Source of the DNA: Patescibacteria group bacterium
GTDB taxonomy: Bacteria; Patescibacteriota; Patescibacteriia; SG8-24
Direction: 5' to 3'
Assembly (NCBI GenBank): GCA_041667185.1
Contig: JBAYFM010000004.1
Coordinates: 9,097 to 73,096 of the forward strand
Length of the DNA stretch: 64,000 nt
Below, piece after piece: positions 9,105 through 16,355 of the stretch (positions are counted from its first letter, which is position 1; the number at the start of each line of letters is the position of its first letter). The position numbers were made by a program, and so were the translations under genes. Below the pieces are notes generated by a model that had not been told where the DNA came from, made no database searches, and saw nothing but the letters and a program-made list of their open reading frames with translations.

Positions 9105-9293
9105 CCAAGCTGAGCTCGGAAAATACAAAAAACCAGCCGGTGTTACCCGGCTGATTCCCACCACTGAACTCGGCTCGAGCGTTGCAGTGGGCCAGCTCAG
9201 CTGGCCGCACCTCGCTCTGATCGCTCGGTTGTTTCATCAGAGAATGCGAAGCTGAGCTTCGCCTTCATCTTTTGAAACCGAGCTGAGCTCGGT
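9105..9293. repeat. Cluster of AGCTNAGCT-core palindromes
   Basis: ccaagctgagctcgg 9105-9119, ggccagctcagctggcc 9190-9206, gcgaagctgagcttcgc 9246-9262, accgagctgagctcggt 9277-9293. Confidence 0.8.
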
Positions 9294-9405
9294 GGTGGAG
9301 ATGGGGAGATTTGAATCCCTCGCTCCGACTCGGGCCCCGGGGCGCTGCGCACCGGTCCGCCCGCTAGCGGGCGGACCTCTCGCGCCCGAGTTCAAATCTC
9401 CCCCA
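9293..9405 (-). repeat. Hairpin element derived from the tmRNA 3' end
   Basis: 23-nt direct copy of the tmRNA 3' end including CCA (9293-9315), 16-nt inverted copy (9388-9403), and a 24-nt perfect palindrome (9354-9377). Confidence 0.85.
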
Positions 9406-9444
9406 TAAAACAAAAGCGGACGACTAGCGTCGCCCACTTTTGAT

Positions 9445-9836
9445 TGGTGGAGATGGGGAGATTTGAACTCCCGTCTGGCGAGGTATTTCCCGACACTTCT
9501 ACAAGCGTATTCCGTTTGGTATTTCGGCTCGGCGGTGAGAAACGGAATAAACCCGCCGGACCTATCCCCTGCAATGGTCGGCCTGTCCGCCGGGGCCGCG
9601 GTCAGGCTCTGTCCGATAGATGACACCGGGATCCCGCTTATCGGACGTCAGCGGGGCCGATGGGTTCGCGCGTTACGCGAGAACCGGAGCGAATGAAGGC
9701 GCGAAGGCGTTAGCCAGGGCGGTCTTCACCCGATTGACCAAGTTTGCACTTGTTCAGTATCCGTTGATTTACGAGGTAACGGACGTCCTCGGCTCGCATG
9801 CCGTGAAAAAAACTCCCATCGATGCCTGGCATCCCC
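9445..9836 (-). ncRNA. ssrA: tmRNA
   Basis: 5' GGGGATG, 3' T-arm GTTCAAATC and TCTCCACCA; tag ORF 9747-9673 ANLVNRVKTALANAFAPSFAPVLA*; adjacent to smpB. Confidence 0.95.
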
Positions 9837-9842
9837 AGGCGG

Positions 9843-9912
9843 CTGATTGGCTGCTTAGCTGACGGCTCATGGCCAATGGCCAACTGCTATCAGCTATCGG
9901 GCTAACCAGCTA
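9843..9912. repeat. Heptamer repeat, head-to-head arms
   Basis: gctgacg gctcatg gccaatg gccaact gctatca gctatcg gctaacca. Confidence 0.6.
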
Positions 9913-10350
9913 CTTCATCGCGCGGCGCACCTCCCTATCAAGCTCGCGCCTCTTGATCGTCTCCTTTTTCTCATACTGCTTCTTGCCGCGCGCCAGACCG
10001 AACTCTAATTTGATGCGCGACCCCTTAGTATAAGCAGAAAGAGGCACTAAAGTCAATCCTTTCTGCTCCATTTTTCCCATAAGTCTCAGCAATTCCCGCT
10101 TGTGGAGCAAGAGTTTGCGCGTGCGCCGGGCGTCATACCCCGGCAGCGGTCCGGCTTTGGGGAAAGGCGGGATCTGAGCATTCATGAGCCAGGCCGAGCC
10201 GCGATTCAGGGTCACGAATGATCCGGTCAGGCTCATCTTGTCGTCGCGAACGGACTTGACCTCGTGACCCAGGAGCTCCAAACCAGCCTCGAACTTCTCG
10301 AGGATCTGATAGTCATAATGCGCTTTTTTGTTCTCGGCCAATCTGGGCAT
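9910..10350 (-). CDS. smpB: SsrA-binding protein
   Basis: NKKAHYDYQILEKFEAGLELLGHEVKSVR; RTRKLLLHKRE; RGKKQYEKKETIKRRE. Confidence 0.98.
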   Translation of the reverse strand: MPRLAENKKAHYDYQILEKFEAGLELLGHEVKSVRDDKMSLTGSFVTLNRGSAWLMNAQIPPFPKAGPLPGYDARRTRKLLLHKRELLRLMGKMEQKGLTLVPLSAYTKGSRIKLEFGLARGKKQYEKKETIKRRELDREVRRAMK

Positions 10351-10410
10351 AAAATTCGGCTATCCGCACTGTAACACCGAACACTCCCCCGCTCAATGCC
10401 GCGGCTGGCG

Positions 10411-12297
10411 TCATTCGACCGGGACCGTCGGATCGTCCGCGATGAGGCCGCGATCCTTGAGGACGGAAAAACGGTGCGCGACGAACCCTTGGTAATCAGC
10501 GCTGCCCGGGACGAGGTCGTAACGCATGGCGCGCGTGAGATCGTCCAGCGAGCGCTGGCTGTCGGCCGTGGCCTCGATGGCGCGGGCGGCCTTGGCATAA
10601 AGAACGTTCGCAACGAACTGGCGCAGCGCGGGCTGATCCGCGAGTTCGGCTTCGGCGGGCAGGACTGGCGGTTCGAAACCCGGACCAGGATCGCGGCGCG
10701 TGCCGTCACGCAGGAACTCGAAATGCAAACCGTCGGCGCGCGACCGCCAGCCGGACACCAGCGAATCCGCGGCGAAAGTGAGGAAGAGCGGCCGCCCGGC
10801 GAAACGCTCGTCAGCCAGGACCGCCGCGAGCAGCCGCTTCTGCTCGACGCGCAGATTCGCGTCGTCATACGGCACCGGCAACACCGGCGTCGTGAAGCAG
10901 CTCATGCCGGAATCCTCGACGATCGTCACGTCGGGACGCAGATGCTCGACGACGCGCAGATAAGCCAAAGAGAGAACAACCGTGTCGTGGGTGAAGACGC
11001 CGCCTTTGACCACGAGCACCGCGTCCGGCGGCAAAGTTTCGAGAACGCGGCGGCTGTAAGCCTCCACGAAACCGTCGGAATAAGCCGCGACCTGGACCAG
11101 ATTGTTCGCGATGAACAGGATGGGCAGCGCCAAAAGAAAGACCGCCGCGGCCAGCCGCAAGAACAGCCGCCGCCCGGGCTCAGTGAGCGATCGCACGGCC
11201 GCGGCCGCGCCGACGGCAGCCAAGACAGCCAGGAACAAGTAGCCGCCGACCGAGTAGACCCGCGCCAGATATTCAGTAGTCTCGTTCAGGGCGGAAGCGC
11301 GCAATAATTGGGTGAGCGGCGCTCCGAAAACTATGCCGAGCGACGCCAGACCCGCGACCCAGGCGACCCGAAGACGGCGCGTCCGCAGCAGCAGGAAACC
11401 ACCGACGGCGGCCAAGCCGATCACGAGCGGACCGAGATAGACGGCGAGATGCCAGAAAGACACTCCGACCAGACTAATCTTGTTGTAGGACAACAGGCCG
11501 AAATCCTGATGGCGGCGGAACACCAGGTCCAAAAATCCGCTCAAGCCTTCAGCCGGCTGAAAGATGAAAGGCGCTCCAAGCCAGGCAGCCAGCGGCAGAT
11601 ACAGATACGGTGAGAGACCGAGCGCCAAGCCGCCGACGGCCGAGCGCCAGGCGTGACCAGATGTCCATGCGCGCAGCTCAATCAAAACGGCGGCGAGGAT
11701 GACGAGCGGCAAGGACGCGGCGGCCAAAAAAAGGTGGTTGGCGCCGGCCAGGCCGACGAATAAGAAAAACCAGAAGAGCCGACGAGGGCTGGAAGCCGCG
11801 GCGTAACGGATCAGCATGACCACGACCAGGGAGAGCAGCAAGGCGTGCAGCGGGTAGACCTGGGCATAGAGCGCCTGACCCCACCAGACGCTGGAATACG
11901 CCGCTTGCAGCAATATCGAGGCGATGGCGATCTTCTCCAGCCAGCTCACGCTCCCCCGAAGCGCGAGATAGGCGCGCTCGGCGATCCAGTAAGCCGCGGC
12001 CACGGCAGCGGCGGCGCAGACGGCGGAGAACAACGCGATCCGCCAGGGTATCGTCCCGAACGGCAGCCAGGAAAAGACGTGAGCCAGAAGCACGTAAAGC
12101 GGGTAGCTTGAGGGATGCGGGATCCCCAAAACCGCCGCGACCGTGACGAACTCGCCGCTGTCTTCGAAGGACACCGTGCGCGGCAGGGTCGGCAAATAAG
12201 CCGCCAAAGACAAAACGAACAAGACGACCGGAACAAAGACGGTCGAACGCCCCAGATCAGCCAATTTCTGCCTCAATCGATCCATATCACTGCCCAT
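10411..12297 (-). CDS. DUF2723 (TMEM260-like) GT-C glycosyltransferase
   Basis: TVSFEDSGEF..LGIPHPSSYPLY..ANH..YLYLPL..YLRVVEHLRPDV. Confidence 0.85.
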   Translation of the reverse strand: MGSDMDRLRQKLADLGRSTVFVPVVLFVLSLAAYLPTLPRTVSFEDSGEFVTVAAVLGIPHPSSYPLYVLLAHVFSWLPFGTIPWRIALFSAVCAAAAVAAAYWIAERAYLALRGSVSWLEKIAIASILLQAAYSSVWWGQALYAQVYPLHALLLSLVVVMLIRYAAASSPRRLFWFFLFVGLAGANHLFLAAASLPLVILAAVLIELRAWTSGHAWRSAVGGLALGLSPYLYLPLAAWLGAPFIFQPAEGLSGFLDLVFRRHQDFGLLSYNKISLVGVSFWHLAVYLGPLVIGLAAVGGFLLLRTRRLRVAWVAGLASLGIVFGAPLTQLLRASALNETTEYLARVYSVGGYLFLAVLAAVGAAAAVRSLTEPGRRLFLRLAAAVFLLALPILFIANNLVQVAAYSDGFVEAYSRRVLETLPPDAVLVVKGGVFTHDTVVLSLAYLRVVEHLRPDVTIVEDSGMSCFTTPVLPVPYDDANLRVEQKRLLAAVLADERFAGRPLFLTFAADSLVSGWRSRADGLHFEFLRDGTRRDPGPGFEPPVLPAEAELADQPALRQFVANVLYAKAARAIEATADSQRSLDDLTRAMRYDLVPGSADYQGFVAHRFSVLKDRGLIADDPTVPVE

Positions 12298-12314
12298 GAT
12301 ATAACAAACCGCGG

Positions 12315-12361
12315 CAACTGGTAACTAGCAACCAGTCACTAGTGACTAGTCGCTGGTGGCT
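12315..12361. repeat. Heptamer repeat palindrome
   Basis: gcaactg gtaacta gcaacca gtcactagtgac tagtcgc tggtggc. Confidence 0.6.
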
Positions 12362-12437
12362 CGCGGGCTTTACAGTTGTCCAAAAATGGCCTAAGATAGC
12401 CTCCATAATCAACGTAGTCATCTTAACCCCCACGGCC

Positions 12438-12986
12438 TTGCGCATCTCCAGGAGACGTTTCAAACCCAAGGAACCAGCAGTCATCTTTTTGATCAACGAA
12501 CAGATCCGCTTCCCCGAACTGCGCGTCATCACCGACGACGGCGAACATCTGGGCGTGATCACGTCCGCCGAGGCGCTCCAGAAGGCCCGGGAACGCGAAC
12601 AGGACCTGGTGATCATCCAGCCGAAGGCCGAACCGCCGGTCGCCAAGATCATTGATTTCGGCAAATTCAAATACGAGCGGGACAAGGAGATCCGCAAGCA
12701 GAAATCCAAGGTCAAGACGGTCGAGGTCAAAGGCATCCGCCTCTCGGTCCGCATCGGCGAACACGATCTGAACATCCGTAAAGACAAGGCCAAGGAGTTC
12801 CTCGACGACGGCGACAAGGTGAAAGTCGAGATCATCCTGCGCGGCCGCGAGAAACGGCACGGCGAACTAGCCCAGAAGATCATCGAGCAATTCGTGGCCG
12901 CGGTGAACAAGGAAATGCCCGTGAAGGTCGAGCAACCGATCACTCGCCAGGGCGGACAGTTGACAAGCATCATCGGCAAAGCGTAA
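12438..12986 (+). CDS. infC: Translation initiation factor IF-3 (probable TTG start)
   Basis: INEQIRFPELRVI..PPVAKIIDFGKFKYE..GDKVKVEIILRGRE; no in-frame ATG near the expected start. Confidence 0.95.
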   Translation: MRISRRRFKPKEPAVIFLINEQIRFPELRVITDDGEHLGVITSAEALQKAREREQDLVIIQPKAEPPVAKIIDFGKFKYERDKEIRKQKSKVKTVEVKGIRLSVRIGEHDLNIRKDKAKEFLDDGDKVKVEIILRGREKRHGELAQKIIEQFVAAVNKEMPVKVEQPITRQGGQLTSIIGKA

Positions 12987-13082
12987 TATCCTGGCGTTGC
13001 CGCTCAGCGCGGCTGGCGGGCCCAGAGCCCGTTTTAATGCCTTTTGAGAAGCGGACGAGATCACGAACCGCTGACCAACGTT

Positions 13083-13262
13083 ATGAAAACCCACAAAGCC
13101 ATCTCGAAAAGATTCAAGATCACGAGGACCGGCAAAGTCCTGAAGCGGGTCGCCGGACAGGACCATTACAATTCCCGCGAGCCGGGCAAGGTCACGCGCA
13201 ACAAGCGCCGCGACTCGCAGCTCGAGGGCCGGGTCGCCCGGAACGTCAAAAAAGCCATCTAA
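13083..13262 (+). CDS. rpmI: 50S ribosomal protein L35
   Basis: MKTHKAISKRFKITRTGKV; located between infC and rplT. Confidence 0.93.
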   Translation: MKTHKAISKRFKITRTGKVLKRVAGQDHYNSREPGKVTRNKRRDSQLEGRVARNVKKAI

Positions 13263-13289
13263 CGCCGCCAACCGTAACACCGAACTGTT

Positions 13290-13637
13290 ATGCCGAGAGT
13301 CAAACGCGGAAAACTCCACCTCAAGCGCCGCAAGAACCTGCTCGCCCAGACCAAGGGCTTCATGTGGGGCCGCAAGAGCAAGATCAAGCTCGCCAAGGTG
13401 GCCGTCTACAAGTCCGGCAAGAACGCCTACACTGGCCGCAAGCTCAAGAAGCGCGATATGCGCGGACTGTGGCAGACCAGGATCGGCGCCGCCGCCCGGG
13501 TCGAAGGCCTGAGCTACAGCAAGCTCATCGGCGACCTGCACAAAGCCGGCATCACCCTGAATCGCAAGTCCTTGGCCGCTCTCGCCGCCAAGTATCCGGA
13601 AGCCTTCAAGGCCGTGATCGCCGCGACGAAGAAGTAA
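13290..13637 (+). CDS. rplT: 50S ribosomal protein L20
   Basis: MPRVKRG..AYTGRKLKKRDMRGLWQTRI..LNRKSLA. Confidence 0.97.
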   Translation: MPRVKRGKLHLKRRKNLLAQTKGFMWGRKSKIKLAKVAVYKSGKNAYTGRKLKKRDMRGLWQTRIGAAARVEGLSYSKLIGDLHKAGITLNRKSLAALAAKYPEAFKAVIAATKK

Positions 13638-13646
13638 GTGACGCAG

Positions 13647-13676
13647 AAAAAACCGCCCTTAACGGGGCGGTTTTTT
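13647..13676 (+). terminator. Intrinsic terminator
   Basis: aaaaaaccgccc-ttaacg-gggcggtttttt. Confidence 0.8.
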
Positions 13677-13965
13677 GAGAGACGGAGTGCTGGAGAGACG
13701 GAGTGCAGGAGTCCGGGGATACGTTCGCGAACGACGCATCTCCGTCCTTCGGTGTCAGGCACCTGGAGTGCCTGACACCGAAGCATCATCAAATGAGCTT
13801 AAAAATGATGCCATGACCTAGGGTGCCTGTCCCCTCGGTGTCAGGCACCGGGGACGGACCGCCTTTCGCGGCCCGGCGGTTTTCTTTACGAACGGGAGAG
13901 TGCCGGAGTGCTGGAATGCCGGAGGGCTTCGTCACTCCCTGACTCCGTAACTTTATCACTCCCAA
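13677..13965. repeat. Composite repeat region: octamer arms flanking GGTGTCAGGCACC REPs
   Basis: cggtgtcaggcac-ctgga-gtgcctgacaccg (13750-13780); ggtgcctgtcccc and ggtgtcaggcacc (13822-13849). Confidence 0.8.
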
Positions 13966-13967
13966 TC

Positions 13968-13996
13968 TTGACAAACCGCCTTATTTCTGCTATAGT
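13968..13996 (+). promoter_or_regulatory. Sigma70 promoter
   Basis: TTGACA-17-TATAGT with TGn. Confidence 0.75.
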
Positions 13997-14090
13997 TAGC
14001 CGTTTCAAGAATTGTGCTTGAAACCAGGCCAAAATTTCAGTTCGTTGAAAATTCACGGAACGATCAACCCTTTCAGAAGAGGAGAACGTC

Positions 14091-14459
14091 ATGACCAAAA
14101 AGAACGGAACGACACCGTCCGAGATCCAACCAGTCGTAACCGAGGGGGAACCCATGCCGAACGAACGCGAGATCGATGATCTGGAAGCTGGTGCCGAACT
14201 TCAACAGGTAGCCGAGCACGAACAGAAGATGAAGCGTGCCGGTCGGACCACCCTCGGCGCTTTCATCATCCTGCTGGTCGGCCTCCTACTCTACGGCATC
14301 GCCAGCGTTGTCGACAGCAAGACGAAAAGCGGCGTCACGGTCATCGTCCCGGCCGTCAAAGGCGTCGACGCCTCGGACTGCAGACCGGGACAGTGGCGCG
14401 TCGAAGGCAATCAACTGGTGTTCACGGAATGTGCGAAGGCGATGTTCAACGGAAAGTGA
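14091..14459 (+). CDS. Single-TM hypothetical protein with a C-terminal two-Cys motif
   Basis: RBS gaggag; TM; DCRPGQWRVEGNQLVFTEC. Confidence 0.75.
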   Translation: MTKKNGTTPSEIQPVVTEGEPMPNEREIDDLEAGAELQQVAEHEQKMKRAGRTTLGAFIILLVGLLLYGIASVVDSKTKSGVTVIVPAVKGVDASDCRPGQWRVEGNQLVFTECAKAMFNGK

Positions 14460-14546
14460 TCATCGCCTCGCGGGAACCTGCCGACCGCCGGCCAACCGCC
14501 GGCCTCGGCAGTCTCCATCCGCCGAGCAAAACGAAAGGAACGGGTC

Positions 14547-15377
14547 ATGAAGATCACGACCAAGGGAACCGACCAGCAAGGTTGCGTGGGAGAACCCCTG
14601 CAGCCTCTCCAGGTCTGGCTCAAGGAAGAGTGCGGGCTCATCAACATGCCGGTGCACTTCCGGCTGATCAAGGGTCGCGGAAAATTCACGCATCGCGACG
14701 AACGGACTGATTGGTCCGGCGAAGCGATCGCGGAATTCATTCCCGAAGCGGCTGGGCCGTATACGATCGATTGTCTGATCGGCCGCCGCGAACAGAAAGG
14801 GCAAACGATGCAGAAAGTCTCGTTCACGGGACAGATTTCCCCAGCAGCACCGCCGAAGTCCGACTTCACAAGCGACATCTCGCAGATGATCGATGAGGAA
14901 CTGGCTGTGGCGGACCAATCCAAGGTCTCCGCGCCAGCGACGGAATCACCGGCGCCGACATCGTCGTTCGAGACGCTGTTGGCGGCAGAACTGGCGGTCG
15001 ATGAAGACCTGCCGCCGGCCGAACAGATCGAGCCGGTCGAGCCGCAAGCGCCTCCCCCGCCGGAGACGCCCCCAGCGGAACCCGAGACGGAACCGCTGTC
15101 CAAGCCGGTCGAGCCGGAAAATCTCCGGGACCGCGAAGACAATGCGCAATTCCAGAACGAGGACGTTTCGACCCCGAACTGGAAACAGAAGATCGTCTGG
15201 GCCGTCATGGCTCTGGCGATCGGCGGTTTCCTGGCGATCATTGCCAACCTCGACCGAAAGGGTCAGCTGCCGACCGCCGGAAACTCCGGAACCGGAAGCA
15301 TCGACTGCACTCAGGCCGCTGTCCAGGTCGTTGACGGCGACAAATTCGTCTTCAGCGGCTGCGTCAAACAGCCTTAA
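14547..15377 (+). CDS. Hypothetical protein: Ig-like N-terminus, Pro/Glu linker, TM, two-Cys C-terminus
   Basis: TDWSGEAIAEF (Big-like); DCTQAAVQVVDGDKFVFSGC. Confidence 0.75.
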   Translation: MKITTKGTDQQGCVGEPLQPLQVWLKEECGLINMPVHFRLIKGRGKFTHRDERTDWSGEAIAEFIPEAAGPYTIDCLIGRREQKGQTMQKVSFTGQISPAAPPKSDFTSDISQMIDEELAVADQSKVSAPATESPAPTSSFETLLAAELAVDEDLPPAEQIEPVEPQAPPPPETPPAEPETEPLSKPVEPENLRDREDNAQFQNEDVSTPNWKQKIVWAVMALAIGGFLAIIANLDRKGQLPTAGNSGTGSIDCTQAAVQVVDGDKFVFSGCVKQP

Positions 15378-15399
15378 GTCCAGTTCGGTCCCTCACTAG

Positions 15400-15428
15400 C
15401 CGCCGAGCTCTCAGCTCGGCGGTTTTTC
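15400..15428 (+). terminator. Intrinsic terminator with AGCT-core stem
   Basis: ccgccgagct-ctc-agctcggcgg-ttttt. Confidence 0.75.
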
Positions 15429-15468
15429 TTATCCGAGCGCGCGGAACCGGCTCTGCCAGGCCGGGGTC

Positions 15469-15497
15469 TTGATGAAAAAACGTAAATAGTCTACGAT
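15469..15497 (+). promoter_or_regulatory. Sigma70 promoter for the tRNA-Asp locus
   Basis: TTGATG-17-TACGAT upstream of the tRNA leader. Confidence 0.55.
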
Positions 15498-15544
15498 ACT
15501 TTTGCTAAAAGCAGCGGTAGCACATCCGACAACTGATCGCGCGT

Positions 15545-15609
15545 GGGTCCGTGGTGTAGCCCGGTTAACACGGGCCGCAGTACTGCGGCCAGACCGAGGG
15601 TTCGAATCC
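15545..15609 (+). pseudogene. Pseudo-tRNA-Asp copy 1 (anticodon arm replaced by palindrome, 3' truncated)
   Basis: Identical 5' half and 23-nt leader; GGCCGCAGTACTGCGGCC in place of TCTCCCTGTCACGGAGA. Confidence 0.9.
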
Positions 15610-15611
15610 GC

Positions 15612-15869
15612 ATGATAACCACCCTTTACGTCATCAAAAATACAAAAGGCAACTACTATATCGGAGTCACTGGAGATATTCACCGGAGACTGATCGAACA
15701 CAATTCGGGAACAAGTCTTGCTACCAGAGGAAGGGGTCCGTGGAAACTGGTGTATACGGAAACTTTCCTTTCGCCGCAAGAGGCGAAAAAACGCGAGTAT
15801 CAGATCAAGCAAAAGAAACGGAAATCATACATTGATTGGTTGATAAATGCGCGTGGGTCCGTGGTGTAG
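15612..15869 (+). CDS. Small GIY-YIG nuclease
   Basis: MITTLYVIK..YYIGVTGDIHRRLIEHNSG..RGPWKLVYTE..EAKKREYQIK; stop codon lies inside pseudo-tRNA copy 2. Confidence 0.92.
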   Translation: MITTLYVIKNTKGNYYIGVTGDIHRRLIEHNSGTSLATRGRGPWKLVYTETFLSPQEAKKREYQIKQKKRKSYIDWLINARGSVV

Positions 15870-15915
15870 CCCGGTTAACACGGGCCGCAGTACTGCGGCC
15901 AGACCGAGGGTTCGA
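15855..15915 (+). pseudogene. Pseudo-tRNA-Asp copy 2
   Basis: Same palindrome substitution; truncated at the T-loop. Confidence 0.9.
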
Positions 15916-15969
15916 TGCCAATCATCCTGATCAAAACAGAGGTCGTACATCCGACAACTGATCGCGCGT

Positions 15970-16047
15970 GGGTCCGTGGTGTAGCCCGGTTAACACGTCT
16001 CCCTGTCACGGAGAAGACCGAGGGTTCGAATCCCTTCGGACCCGCCA
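15970..16047 (+). tRNA. tRNA-Asp (GTC)
   Basis: GGGTCCG/CGGACCC acceptor, TCTCC-CT-GTC-AC-GGAGA anticodon arm, GGTTCGAATCC, encoded CCA. Confidence 0.96.
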
Positions 16048-16084
16048 TAAAAGAACTGTTCATGTCGAACGGTTCTTTTATTTT
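16047..16084 (+). terminator. Intrinsic terminator
   Basis: ataaaagaactgttc..gaacggttcttttatttt. Confidence 0.7.
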
Positions 16085-16098
16085 GCCGCTCCTGCCCA

Positions 16099-16170
16099 TG
16101 GTGTAGCCCGGTTAACACGGGCCGCAGTACTGCGGCCAGACCGAGGATTCGAATCCCTTCGGACCCGCCA
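16099..16170 (+). pseudogene. Pseudo-tRNA-Asp copy 3 (lacks 5' acceptor strand, keeps 3' CCA)
   Basis: tggtgtagcccggttaacacg + palindrome + agaccgaggattcgaatcccttcggacccgcca; followed by a terminator-like hairpin. Confidence 0.9.
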
Positions 16171-16257
16171 CGTAAAAACCGCAGCGCAAGCTGTGGTTTT
16201 TACGTACCACGTGGACTGCCTGAAAGGTAGTCTTTACGTGGTCGACCACGGGGGCTC

Positions 16258-16288
16258 TTGACATTTTTTTTTTGCTATCCGCTATACT
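16258..16288 (+). promoter_or_regulatory. Promoter with T10 tract in the spacer
   Basis: TTGACA-19-TATACT, with T10 at 16264-16273. Confidence 0.55.
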
Positions 16289-16355
16289 CCACCCCGCTCA
16301 CTCAACTGAGCGCCCTAAGCACTCGTTTGGGGCAACCGAAAACAGGAGACGAGAG

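Noticed and set aside
8784-9445. Classical integrase island or prophage at tmRNA or the tRNAs
   Set aside because: No integrase or phage genes are present, and the copies are very close and include inverted ones.
15573-15590. Functional quadruplet-anticodon (8-nt loop) suppressor tRNA
   Set aside because: The loop is self-complementary and lacks U33, and no copy has both acceptor strands.
15543-15611. N-terminal extension of the GIY-YIG from GTG at 15543
   Set aside because: It is a translation of tRNA sequence; the family-typical start is ATG 15612.
15545-16170. CRISPR array
   Set aside because: The repeats are tRNA-derived, about 65 nt, irregularly spaced, one interval is a gene, and there are no cas genes.
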